Source: Elainellaceae cyanobacterium (GTDB taxonomy: Bacteria; Cyanobacteriota; Cyanobacteriia; CAZCXK01). Taken from it: a stretch of DNA of 15,074 nt. The notes under the pieces are model-generated. The model was not told the origin of the DNA, searched no databases, and saw nothing but the letters and a program-made list of their open reading frames with translations. Shown here piece after piece: positions 1-8,586 of this stretch (its first letter is position 1; each line of letters starts with the position of its first letter). The translations under genes were made by a program, and so were the position numbers. Where the stretch lies: assembly GCA_051117555.1 (NCBI GenBank), contig JBNPEG010000218.1, forward strand, positions 1-15,074. The letters run 5' to 3'.

Positions 1-86
1 GATAGAACTTAGATATCGCGAGATATCACACAAACTATCACCCCAACTGTACTTCATCAGCACAACCAGAGTGATAGTCGTAATGA

Positions 87-713
87 TTAGTAGATGCTTT
101 GAACGCCTAGGCGAGACGCCAACGTATTTCGCAACGTTTCAGGAAGCAGCACGCGATTGACCGCATGAATGACTCCATTACTGGCTTGGATATCAGGATT
201 CACAACGCTAGCATTATTCACAATCACGCGATCGCCATCAACCCGCAGAGATAGGCCTCCACCCAAAGCGTCAACGGAACCCGTAGACACTTCACTAGAG
301 GTCACTTCACCTTGAATGACATGATAGGTCAATACTTGCCGCAAAATGTCTTGATTTTCAGGCTGAAGCAGATAATCCAGCGCGCCTTCAGGTAGTTGAC
401 TAAATGCTTCATCAGTGGGAGCAAATACGGTGTAAGGACCTTCACCCGACAAGGTATCTGCTAATCCAGCTGCCTGTACCGCTTGCACTAGCGTATTAAA
501 CGAATCACTTCCAGATGCAACATCTACAATATTCATCGCGGCACTATCAGATTGCTCCATCTGCTGCATTTCAGATGACTGACCAGACCCTTCATAGGAA
601 TCGGTATGCTGGTCTGCTAGTGCTGGAGCGCCTACCAACACGCTTGCTCCTAATCCTAGTCCTAGAGCTAGAGCAGTCCGCTTTGTAATACGTGTGAGGA
701 AATTAATAGTCAT
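87..713 (-). CDS. Fasciclin (FAS1) domain protein with Sec signal peptide
   Basis: FAS1 motifs 'GPYTVFAPTDEAF', 'VLTYHVI', 'DIQASNGVIHAVNRVLLP'. Start moved from 863 to the ATG at 713 (MTINFLTR...), which follows an AAAGGA RBS and begins a signal peptide (basic N-region, hydrophobic core, APALA cleavage site). Confidence 0.92.
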   Translation of the reverse strand: MTINFLTRITKRTALALGLGLGASVLVGAPALADQHTDSYEGSGQSSEMQQMEQSDSAAMNIVDVASGSDSFNTLVQAVQAAGLADTLSGEGPYTVFAPTDEAFSQLPEGALDYLLQPENQDILRQVLTYHVIQGEVTSSEVSTGSVDALGGGLSLRVDGDRVIVNNASVVNPDIQASNGVIHAVNRVLLPETLRNTLASRLGVQSIY

Positions 714-968
714 AAATCCTTTCGATTTGCTGCTTATTAAGATTAGTAAATGCAATATCATAATCCCTCTCACGATTTGCAGATTTCTTGAGATATAGAT
801 GGCTTTATAACTCCCTCTAGGGAAGGAGTCCATCTCCTTAGAATGGCGATCGCCCTTTTGCACAGTCTCATGAGAAACTAGGATTGGAATTTAATCAAAG
901 TCGTGATCAACAATCATTGACGACTCGCGCTATTGATAGCGATTGATCAACGTATTTGTTACGTCAGC

Positions 969-2195
969 ATGAGTGTGCAAAATAGCCAGGGGCAACAATC
1001 CCGCACCCGTCCGAGAGAATGGCAGTGGTCGTTTTGGCCCCTCGTTCCGATTTATCCGTATGGCAAACGACGAACCTTGCGCCAGGAAGTCGTCAAAGAC
1101 ACCATTTGGACGTTTGACCAACAGCAAGGCATTTTCTATGTAACAGTGCCGATTCGGATGACGGTCATCAGGCTAGAAGCAGGCGGATTGCTGGTTTATG
1201 CGCCCGTCGCGCCGACGACAGAGTGCATTAGTTTGATTCGAGAGCTTGAAGCGCAGCATGGCACCGTGAACTATATCATTTTGCCGACCATCTCAGGATT
1301 AGAACATAAAGTATTTGTAGGGCCATTTGCGCGGAGATTTCCCCAAGCTCAGGTATTTGTTGCCCCGAACCAATGGAGTTTTCCGGTGAACTTGCCGCTT
1401 AGCTGGCTGGGGTTCCCCATCGGACGAACTCAGAGACTTCCCAATGACAGCACTCAGACTCCATTCGCAGATGAGTTTGATTATTCTATTCTCGGTCCCA
1501 TCGACTTAGGATTGGGTCCGTTCGAGGAAGTCGCTTTCTTTCATCGGCGATCGCACACATTGCTACTAACAGACACAATTGTTTCAATTCCTGAGACTCC
1601 GCCAGCGATCGTGCAGCTTGACCCCTATCCGCTGCTGTTTCACGCCAAAGACGACGCATTCGATGAAGTGGAGGACAGTCCTGCAATTCGCCGCAAAGGA
1701 TGGCAACGGATTTCGCTATTTGCGTTTTACTTCCGCCCCAGTGCATTAGAGGCAATTCCGTTAGGGCACGCTATTCGCGATTCTGTAAATGCGAGCGATC
1801 GCTCAAAGAAAGCCTACTTTGGCATCTTCCCCTTCAAGTGGAATAAAGATTGGAAGCACTCCTTCGACATACTTCGCGGAGGGGGACGTCCATTGGTTGC
1901 CCCAATTCTCCAACGGTTAATTCTCAATCGCGCCCCTCAAGCGACCCTAGATTGGACCTGTCATGTCGCCTGCTGGGATTTTCATCAGATCATTCCGTGC
2001 CACTTTGATGCGCCGATTAAAGCAACTCCCCATCAATTTCGGCAAGCCTTTGCCTTCCTTGAAAAAACACCGTCGAGCTTAACGCCCAGTAACGGATATC
2101 AGCCGCTACCGGAAGACGATTTTGAAGTTCTCAATGAGCTCAACAACAGCTTGAATAAGCGAGGCATCACGCCACCCGCCAAAGAAAAAGTATGA
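969..2195 (+). CDS. DUF4336 domain protein (metallo-beta-lactamase-like fold, cyanobacterial/plastid type)
   Basis: Motifs 'WPLVPIYPYGKRRTLRQE', 'PIRMTVIRL..GGLLVYAPVAPT', 'GLEHK', 'EVAFFH..SHTLLLTD', 'WDFHQIIPCHF'. ATG at 969 preferred over TTG at 933. Confidence 0.85.
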   Translation: MSVQNSQGQQSRTRPREWQWSFWPLVPIYPYGKRRTLRQEVVKDTIWTFDQQQGIFYVTVPIRMTVIRLEAGGLLVYAPVAPTTECISLIRELEAQHGTVNYIILPTISGLEHKVFVGPFARRFPQAQVFVAPNQWSFPVNLPLSWLGFPIGRTQRLPNDSTQTPFADEFDYSILGPIDLGLGPFEEVAFFHRRSHTLLLTDTIVSIPETPPAIVQLDPYPLLFHAKDDAFDEVEDSPAIRRKGWQRISLFAFYFRPSALEAIPLGHAIRDSVNASDRSKKAYFGIFPFKWNKDWKHSFDILRGGGRPLVAPILQRLILNRAPQATLDWTCHVACWDFHQIIPCHFDAPIKATPHQFRQAFAFLEKTPSSLTPSNGYQPLPEDDFEVLNELNNSLNKRGITPPAKEKV

Positions 2196-2239
2196 AAGCA
2201 AACCCTCAGCTACACACCAATGATTTGTCGGTCAACTAA

Positions 2240-2530
2240 TATAGCCGTACGCTCTTGCGTTAGGACGTTGAACGTGTGTGAGCTCCCGCGACGCGGGGTA
2301 TGCGTTTAGCGCACGTGTAAGTGCGACCGTCCTCGGTCGCGTGTTCCTTAACTGTAGGGTCGCCGAGACGTTATGCTCCGCATTGCCGGGGCAAACGCAC
2401 TTTCACACAAAATTCTGTGCAGTCTCGAAACCCTTTCGTTGGGGTACGCTATCGCTTTAGCGTAGCCATGCCTGAAAGGCTATACAGCACCCTACCTAAT
2501 GTACTACTTAGACGTGCCACGCCACTACAC
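2240..2530 (+). repeat. Cluster of short inverted repeats (REP/SDR-like mosaic or structured RNA) between convergent genes
   Basis: Stems seen: CCCGC-gac-GCGGG (2285-2297), GCGACCG-tcct-CGGTCGC (2323-2340), TGCTCCG-cattgc-CGGGGCA (2374-2393), CGAGAC/GTCTCG (2364-2369/2422-2427), TACGCTA-tcgctt-TAGCGTA (2445-2464), GCCT-gaa-AGGC (2470-2480), and enclosing GTAGGGT/ACCCTAC (2354-2360/2489-2495). Confidence 0.65.
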
Positions 2531-2617
2531 AGGTCTCATATTTATTAGTCCCACCTACTTACTGGTCAGTCATTTTCAAGCAAGTCCCTAAGCAGTACAA
2601 AAAAGTGAGTGGATTCG

Positions 2618-5600
2618 CTATGCGCTGAAGTACTTCGCGACGGGGTGATGGACGACGATCGCCGTCGTAGACTGCTCGGGGTAAAGCTGTTCGCTTTCAT
2701 CCATGACTAAATCAATGCGCGCCGTATCGAGCAGATCTAGCAGGGTATATTGGTCTTGAATATTCGGACATGCTGGATACCCAAAGCTATAGCGCGATCC
2801 ACGATAGCGTTGCGCCAGCACATCACGAATCGTGTCGGGTTCTTCATCTCCAAAACCTAGCTCATGCCGAATGCGCGTATGAATCCATTCAGCCAACGCC
2901 TCTGCTATTTGAACGGCAAGCCCGTGGAAGTAGAGATAGTCAGTGTATTGATCCGACTCAAATAGTTGTTTGGCAACCTTAGTAGCAACATGCCCCACCG
3001 TTACAGCCTGCATGGGAAAGACATCGATCTGCTCAGAGCCTTTGGGAGCAAAGAAATCAGCAATGCAAAGCCGCCGCAAAGACTTTTGCCGGGGGAAGTT
3101 GAACGTGGCGATCGCCCCTGGTTGAGAATCGACTTGAATGGGCATTGCATCCGGATCATAAAGGTAGAGCGTATTGCCCTCAGCCTGACACGGAAAGTAA
3201 CCGTAAATGATTTGCGGATGCAGCAGATTTTCGGTCACGATGCGCTGTTTCCATTCGTCGAGAATGGGATAGACCTTCTCAGCGAGAAAAGCATCGTAGT
3301 CTTCACGAGACTGTCCTTTGGGTTTGCGGAATTGCCACTGACCTGCAATCAAAGCTTGTAGGTCAAGGTATGCAAACACCTCCTCCATCGGAATGTCATC
3401 AGGGTTGAGAATTTTTGTACCCCAAAAGGGTGGAGTGGGGCGATCGATATCGATGGCAACTGCCTCAGAACGCCTCGTATCCTCGGCATGAACCGTGGAG
3501 GGGTGGGCAGGAGAAGCGGATTCGTCAGACTCTTGAGTGGCTGAAAGAGTAGAGGTGGCTGATTTCTTCTGACGCTCAGCCGCTTTGCCATCGTCATGCT
3601 CACCTAGCGCTTCATCGGGTACTTCATTGGATACTTTATCCGGTACTTCATCGGGTACTTCATCAGATACTTCATCGGGTACTTCATCTAAGAAGCCCTT
3701 GAGATTGTCCCAGGCGTTGCTTGCCTTGGCGGGCATCAGCTTATCCATAAAATTGAGATCCGCAAAGGCATCTTTGCCGTAGACCAATTTGCCATTGTAA
3801 ACATTCTGACAGTCTTCATAGACAAACTTCGGCGTCAGGGCTGCCCCTCCCAAAATCACCGGCACCGTGATGCCTCGTTCGTTGAAGACCTGCAAATTTT
3901 CTTTCATGAAGGCAGTCGACTTCACCAATAGACCGCTCATTGCGATGCAGTCGGCGTTGTGTTCAAAGTAGGCATCGATGATGGTGTCAACGGGCTGTTT
4001 GATGCCGAGGTTAATCACCTTATAGCCGTTGTTAGACAGAATAATATCAACCAAATTTTTGCCAATATCGTGAACGTCACCCTTCACGGTGGCAATTAAG
4101 AAGATTCCCTTTGAACTATTCGAATCCTGCTTATCCATGTAGGGTTCTAAGTAGGCGACTGCCGACTTCATCGTTTCAGCAGACTGAAGCACAAACGGAA
4201 GCTGCATTTGTCCGGCACCGAATAAATCGCCCACGGTCTTCATGCCGTCTAGTAAGAAGGTATTGATGATTTCCAGAGGCGGATATTGGTCTAGGGCTTG
4301 AGTTAGGGTCTCCTCCAGACCTTGCCGCTCGCCGTCGATGATGTGGAGTTTGAGTCGCTCCTCTAGGGGAAGATGTTGGGTAGCAGTGCGATCGCGCTTC
4401 GTTGAAACCCCTTCAAAGAGTTGCGTCAGCTCGGTTAGGGGATCATAGGTACAGATGTTATTTTCATCGTATCGACGGCGATCGTAGATTAGATCCCGGC
4501 ATAGGTCTTGATGGGCGGGGTCAATTTTGGCAAGCGGCAGAATCTTTGCCGCGCTGACAATCGCGGCATCTAGGCCGACCTGCGTTGCTTCATGCAGAAA
4601 CATCGAGTTGAGCGCGATCCGGGCGGCTGGGTTTAGACCAAACGAGACATTAGACACTCCCAAAACAATGTGAACACCAGGAAGCTGCTCTCGAATGTGG
4701 CGAATCGCTTCAATCGTTTCTCGACCGTTGACGCGGTCTTCTTCGATGCCTGTGGAGATGGGCAACGCAAGCGGATCATAGAAGATCTCGTAAGGCGGAA
4801 TGCCATGCTCGACAATATCTCGATAGGCGCGTTGGGCGATCGCCACCTTTCGTTCTGCCGTTCGTGCCATGCCGTCTTCGTCAATGGTGCCAACAACAAC
4901 GCCTGCACCATATTTTTTCGCGAGGTCTAACACCTCAAAAAATCGCTCGTCGCCGTCTTCATAGTTGGTGGAGTTAAGAATGCACTTGCCGCCCGCCACC
5001 TTTAGACCAGCTTCCATTTTCTGCCAGTCGGTCGAGTCGAGCATGAGCGGGATCGTGGCGTTGGTCACCAGGCGTGATACGACTTCTCTCATGTCATGGA
5101 CGCCGTCTCGCCCCACATAATCGACGTTGACATCTAAGACGTGGGCGCCCTCTTTCACCTGAGACTTTGCCAAAGACACCAGCCCATCCCAATCCTCGGC
5201 ATTTAACATTTCGCGGCATTTTTTAGAGCCGCTGGCATTGAGCCGTTCTCCAATAATCAGGAAGGAATTATCTTGATCGTAGGGCTGAGCCGAATAGATG
5301 GACGCGGCAGATGGAACATACTGCAACGGCTCGCGCACCGTTGTGGAGGCAGATGCTGGATTCACGGATGAGTCATCCAATGAATCATAATAGGCCGACG
5401 AGATGCGGACGGGGCGGGTTTTGGGAGTGAGCTCTCTCGAAATGTCTGCGAGGTGTTGAATGTGGTCGGGGCGCGTTCCGCAGCAGCCACCAATCACCTG
5501 CACGCCCAAATCTTCCACAAAGTGCATCAATGCCATGCGCAGCTCCATCGGAGTCAGCTTGTAGTGAGCATGTCCTCCAACGTTTTCGGGAATGCCTGCA

Positions 5601-6364
5601 TTGGGAATGCACGAAATCACAAAGGGAGAATTTGCCGACAAATAGCGGATGTGATCGGCCATGCGATCGGGCCCGGTGGCGCAGTTGAGCCCCAAAATAT
5701 CAATGGGATAGGGTTCCAAAATGGTCAGCATGGCGCTGACATCTGAGCCGACGAGCATGGTTCCGGTGGTTTCCATTGTCACCGATACCATCAGCGGACG
5801 GCGATCGCCCTTTTTCTCAAAGACGTCTTCCACTGCATTCAGCGCTGCCTTGATTTGCAGCACGTCTTGGCAGGTTTCCACGATAAACAGGTCGGCACCG
5901 CCATCGTATAGCCCGTCTGCCTGCTCGACGTAGGATTCTTTCATCGTGTCGTAGTCGATGTGCCCCAAGGTCGGCAGCTTGGTGGTCGGCCCCATTGACC
6001 CGGCTACAAATCGGGGTTTCTCAGGGGTGGAAAATTCTGCGGCAACGCGCTTTGCCAATTCTGCGGCGAGTTTGTTTAGCTCATAAGCGCGATCGCCCAA
6101 GTCATATTCCGCTAAAACAATGGACGTGGCGCCAAACGTATCGGTTTCGACCACATCAGCCCCGACCGCCAAAAAGTCACGGTGGACTTTCTCAACGGCG
6201 TCTGGCTTTGTCACGACGAGATACTCATTACAGCCCTCGTACTCTGCGCCCCCAAAATCTTCAGCCGTTAAATTTTGAGTTTGAAGCGAGGTTCCCATGG
6301 CTCCGTCAAAGACAATGACGGGATGCTCAGGACTATGAAGACGAGTCAGAAACGCATTAGTCAT
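2618..6364 (-). CDS. metH: Cobalamin-dependent methionine synthase
   Basis: 1248 aa with 'FDGAMGT', Zn ligands 'LNCATG' and 'GGCCGT', pterin-binding domain '[13 protein letters not shown]', B12-binding 'GDVHDIGKN' and 'MSGLL', and a C-terminal reactivation domain '[10 protein letters not shown]'. Confidence 0.98.
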   Translation of the reverse strand: MTNAFLTRLHSPEHPVIVFDGAMGTSLQTQNLTAEDFGGAEYEGCNEYLVVTKPDAVEKVHRDFLAVGADVVETDTFGATSIVLAEYDLGDRAYELNKLAAELAKRVAAEFSTPEKPRFVAGSMGPTTKLPTLGHIDYDTMKESYVEQADGLYDGGADLFIVETCQDVLQIKAALNAVEDVFEKKGDRRPLMVSVTMETTGTMLVGSDVSAMLTILEPYPIDILGLNCATGPDRMADHIRYLSANSPFVISCIPNAGIPENVGGHAHYKLTPMELRMALMHFVEDLGVQVIGGCCGTRPDHIQHLADISRELTPKTRPVRISSAYYDSLDDSSVNPASASTTVREPLQYVPSAASIYSAQPYDQDNSFLIIGERLNASGSKKCREMLNAEDWDGLVSLAKSQVKEGAHVLDVNVDYVGRDGVHDMREVVSRLVTNATIPLMLDSTDWQKMEAGLKVAGGKCILNSTNYEDGDERFFEVLDLAKKYGAGVVVGTIDEDGMARTAERKVAIAQRAYRDIVEHGIPPYEIFYDPLALPISTGIEEDRVNGRETIEAIRHIREQLPGVHIVLGVSNVSFGLNPAARIALNSMFLHEATQVGLDAAIVSAAKILPLAKIDPAHQDLCRDLIYDRRRYDENNICTYDPLTELTQLFEGVSTKRDRTATQHLPLEERLKLHIIDGERQGLEETLTQALDQYPPLEIINTFLLDGMKTVGDLFGAGQMQLPFVLQSAETMKSAVAYLEPYMDKQDSNSSKGIFLIATVKGDVHDIGKNLVDIILSNNGYKVINLGIKQPVDTIIDAYFEHNADCIAMSGLLVKSTAFMKENLQVFNERGITVPVILGGAALTPKFVYEDCQNVYNGKLVYGKDAFADLNFMDKLMPAKASNAWDNLKGFLDEVPDEVSDEVPDEVPDKVSNEVPDEALGEHDDGKAAERQKKSATSTLSATQESDESASPAHPSTVHAEDTRRSEAVAIDIDRPTPPFWGTKILNPDDIPMEEVFAYLDLQALIAGQWQFRKPKGQSREDYDAFLAEKVYPILDEWKQRIVTENLLHPQIIYGYFPCQAEGNTLYLYDPDAMPIQVDSQPGAIATFNFPRQKSLRRLCIADFFAPKGSEQIDVFPMQAVTVGHVATKVAKQLFESDQYTDYLYFHGLAVQIAEALAEWIHTRIRHELGFGDEEPDTIRDVLAQRYRGSRYSFGYPACPNIQDQYTLLDLLDTARIDLVMDESEQLYPEQSTTAIVVHHPVAKYFSA
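3610..3688. repeat. 12-bp tandem repeat (consensus CTTCATCGGGTA, ~6.5 copies) within metH
   Basis: Units: cttcatcgggta / cttcattggata / ctttatccggta / cttcatcgggta / cttcatcagata / cttcatcgggta / cttcatc. Encodes [26 protein letters not shown]. Confidence 0.95.
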
Positions 6365-6783
6365 GACAGGGAACTAAATAAATCGTGATCACTCAGTAAA
6401 AACGCTCGTAAATTCTAGAGTACCAATCTCTTCATAAAGATGAGTGCCTTTTTAGAATTTAGGGGACTGTTTAGATGTCTTTAGGTTAGTTCTTGGGCGA
6501 ATGTATCGTATTGTTGCGATCGCACTTTCTGGACCCGATCCTCATGACTTCTTGCTTTGATAGACAGCATTCGTGATTAAAACCGATTAACCAAATCCTA
6601 CGCTTGCCCAGCTTGAGCCACAGCTAGCTTGAATCTCGAAGTTTTTTGCTTAGTCGGATCGCAGGCTTGACGGCGGAATTGATCACCCCAGGCTGCTTAT
6701 GCAGTCTTACCGTCGTTTGTTTCCAAATACACAATCATTAACGATTGTCAATTCTAGATCTGCTCAATCCACTCAAGTAGGGC

Positions 6784-6789
6784 TACAAT
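6784..6789 (+). promoter_or_regulatory. Putative -10 element (TACAAT) for the 60-aa ORF
   Basis: TACAAT lies about 55 bp upstream of the ATG at 6844 and is followed by AT-rich sequence. No convincing -35 at canonical spacing. Confidence 0.35.
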
Positions 6790-6843
6790 AAATAACCTCT
6801 CGTTATCCATGAGGGGGCACCTTAATCTAGGGCTTGTGAACTT

Positions 6844-7026
6844 ATGGACTATCTTGCCATTGCCCAGTCGATCCTCCAGGATCTCCCCGAGCCAGATATT
6901 AAACCGATTCAGCGCGTCCAACCTAGTGATGACGAGCGCATTGCCGAAATCGCATGGATGCGGATGAAGCTGATGTTTGCAGAGCGATCGTCATCATCGG
7001 GAATTCGATACATGACGCTGGTTTAG
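6844..7026 (+). CDS. Small hypothetical protein (60 aa)
   Basis: ATG-started ORF in otherwise empty intergenic space, with a candidate upstream -10. Protein-like layout: amphipathic helix, Pro-rich linker, helix 'DERIAEIAWMRMKLMF'. Confidence 0.55.
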   Translation: MDYLAIAQSILQDLPEPDIKPIQRVQPSDDERIAEIAWMRMKLMFAERSSSSGIRYMTLV

Positions 7027-7074
7027 CAAAAATCCTGAGAGTCAGCCAATAGAAGCGAGTCATAGCGTTTCGCG

Positions 7075-7101
7075 AAAAATCCGGCAGGGTGTCTGCCGGA
7101 T
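7075..7101 (-). terminator. Intrinsic terminator-like hairpin, U-tract on the minus strand
   Basis: 9-bp perfect stem ATCCGGCAG (7079-7087) / CTGCCGGAT (7093-7101). The minus strand reads ...CTGCCGGATTTTT. Confidence 0.6.
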
Positions 7102-7249
7102 ATGAGGAGCGACTGCTTTTGGTTATGGTCATTAAGAGTAGGATACCCATGTGTCGTGGGTAGTTCATGGGTGTGTCGCTGATGTGTCAGATGCGATTAC
7201 GATAAGCTAGTCGGTCTTGTCATCTCCACCCAACCTTGAACCACACCTC

Positions 7250-8233
7250 ATGCGGCGACTTTCGTTCATCGGTCTACTGATCGGATTTGCCATCTTAACG
7301 GCGTTGGTCATCCGAGAAGGACTCGATATTCTCGACCAAATTCTTGACGAGATTGGTTGGCAAATTCTTTGGTTACCTGTGTTTTATACGGTGCCTATTC
7401 TTTGCGCGATCGCCTCGTGGTGGTGGCTGTTCGAACCTAGAAAGCATCCTTCGTTTCGATTTAGCACCTACTCAGTCTGGATTAGCTTTGCGATTAATTG
7501 GCTGTTACCCGTTGGGCAAGTCGGGGGAGAAATTGTTCGCGCTCGGATGCTGATTAAGCGCCAGTTTCCTAAAGGTGAGGCGATCGCCACGGTAGTCGGA
7601 GATCAAACGCTGCAAGTGGCCACTCAAGCTGTTTATACGCTCGTCGGCTTTTTGCTGTTTGCCTATACTCAGCTTGGAGACGGCACCGCCAATCTGCAAC
7701 TCTTGCTGGCCGTGCTCATTGGCATTGTGATTTTCGCGGCAGCTAGCTCCCTGTTGTATTGGCTGCAACACGCGGGGCTATTCAAACTGTTCGCTCGAAT
7801 TGCCAAACGCTTTCCAATGGTGCGCGCTGACGAACCCCTCGAAGCCGGAGCTGCAAAGATAGATGCTGCCCTCAAACGCATGTATCGTCGGCGCGATCGC
7901 CTCCTGGTTGCTGCCCTGTGGCGCTTAGCCTTTCGCGTCACGGCGGCTGGAGAGACGTGGCTTGCGTTCTATTTTTTGGGGCGACCGATCACGATATTAG
8001 ACGCACTGATTTTGGAGAGCATTGGGCAAGCCATTCGCTCGGCAGCGTTTTTTATTCCGAGCGGATTGGGGGCTCAAGAAGGAGCGATTGTATTAGTTGG
8101 GAGTGCGTTAGGAATTCCGTCAGGGGTGGCGTTGGCATCGTCGTTGTGCAAACGAGTTAGAGAACTGGTGATCGGCATACCAGGGCTAATAGCATGGCAG
8201 CTCGAAGAAGGCAAACGAGCATTGGGGCCGTGA
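7250..8233 (+). CDS. HpnL-like integral membrane protein (lysylphosphatidylglycerol synthase TM / flippase-like family)
   Basis: Multiple hydrophobic segments and family motifs 'INWLLPVGQVGGEIVRARML' and 'ESIGQAIRSAAFFIPSGLGAQEG...ALASSLCKRVREL..GIPGLIAWQ'. ATG at 7250 preferred over TTG at 7217. Confidence 0.8.
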   Translation: MRRLSFIGLLIGFAILTALVIREGLDILDQILDEIGWQILWLPVFYTVPILCAIASWWWLFEPRKHPSFRFSTYSVWISFAINWLLPVGQVGGEIVRARMLIKRQFPKGEAIATVVGDQTLQVATQAVYTLVGFLLFAYTQLGDGTANLQLLLAVLIGIVIFAAASSLLYWLQHAGLFKLFARIAKRFPMVRADEPLEAGAAKIDAALKRMYRRRDRLLVAALWRLAFRVTAAGETWLAFYFLGRPITILDALILESIGQAIRSAAFFIPSGLGAQEGAIVLVGSALGIPSGVALASSLCKRVRELVIGIPGLIAWQLEEGKRALGP

Positions 8234-8300
8234 CTTTGAAACGAAAGTCACCCAGAATGGAGAATCGGCTAGACAGCCTCGAACCAGAGCCGAAGACTTA

Positions 8301-8401
8301 TACCAATTCTCGATTTTGGATTTGCGATTTTGGATTGACGGTCATCAGCCTTGCAAGGATTATAGCCTGTTCATTTGTAGCCTTACTTTGAAGAATTGGT
8401 A
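8301..8401. mobile_element. MITE-like element, 101 bp
   Basis: Perfect 10-bp terminal inverted repeats TACCAATTCT (8301-8310) / AGAATTGGTA (8392-8401), flanked on both sides by TTA (8298-8300, 8402-8404). No credible coding capacity. Confidence 0.7.
8312..8339. repeat. STRR-like heptamer tandem (GATTTTG/GATTTGC)
   Basis: gattttg-gatttgc-gattttg-gattgac; the reverse complement is the cyanobacterial CAAAATC-type short tandem repeat. Confidence 0.75.
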
Positions 8402-8586
8402 TTATTCGGTAGCCAACGTCTATCAAATGCCGGATGAATTAGGCAGAGATCGGATGTTAGAGTGCGATCGCCATCTTTGTTTACGTCCGTGTTTACATCC
8501 ATTCATAGGGGTCGAGAGCAGGCGCGATCGCCATCTCACCCTGTTGGATCTACGTCATGTAATCCCAATTTTTCTTACTTGCATCC

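Noticed and set aside
714..863. N-terminal 50-aa extension of the fasciclin ORF
   Set aside because: The RBS and signal peptide fit the ATG at 713. The extension covers the AT-rich divergent promoter region.
797..875. Imperfect hairpin (AGATGG..ACTCC/GGAGT.CCATCT) and TCTCATGAGA palindrome in the fasciclin/DUF4336 divergent region
   Set aside because: Short and imperfect, not matched to a known operator, and compatible with chance.
2240..2530. tRNA, tmRNA, RNase P, SRP RNA or CRISPR array
   Set aside because: No T-loop/CCA, no GAGGAAAGTCC or SRP motif, and no regularly spaced identical repeats.
2278..2548. Short ORFs (60 and 75 aa) in the palindrome block
   Set aside because: GTG starts without an RBS and no protein-like features; explained by GC-rich repeats.
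3610..3688. CRISPR-like array in metH
   Set aside because: The 12-bp units are contiguous, have no spacers and are in frame in a coding linker.
6365..6843. Cobalamin or SAM riboswitch upstream of metH
   Set aside because: No B12-box (GCCACTG...GGGAAG, CCCGC.ACTGT) or SAM-I core (ATC.AGAG...GCAACC...GTGC) recognised on the minus strand.
6923..7168. 81-aa minus-strand ORF
   Set aside because: Runs through a terminator-like hairpin, overlaps the more plausible 60-aa ORF and has no recognisable motif.
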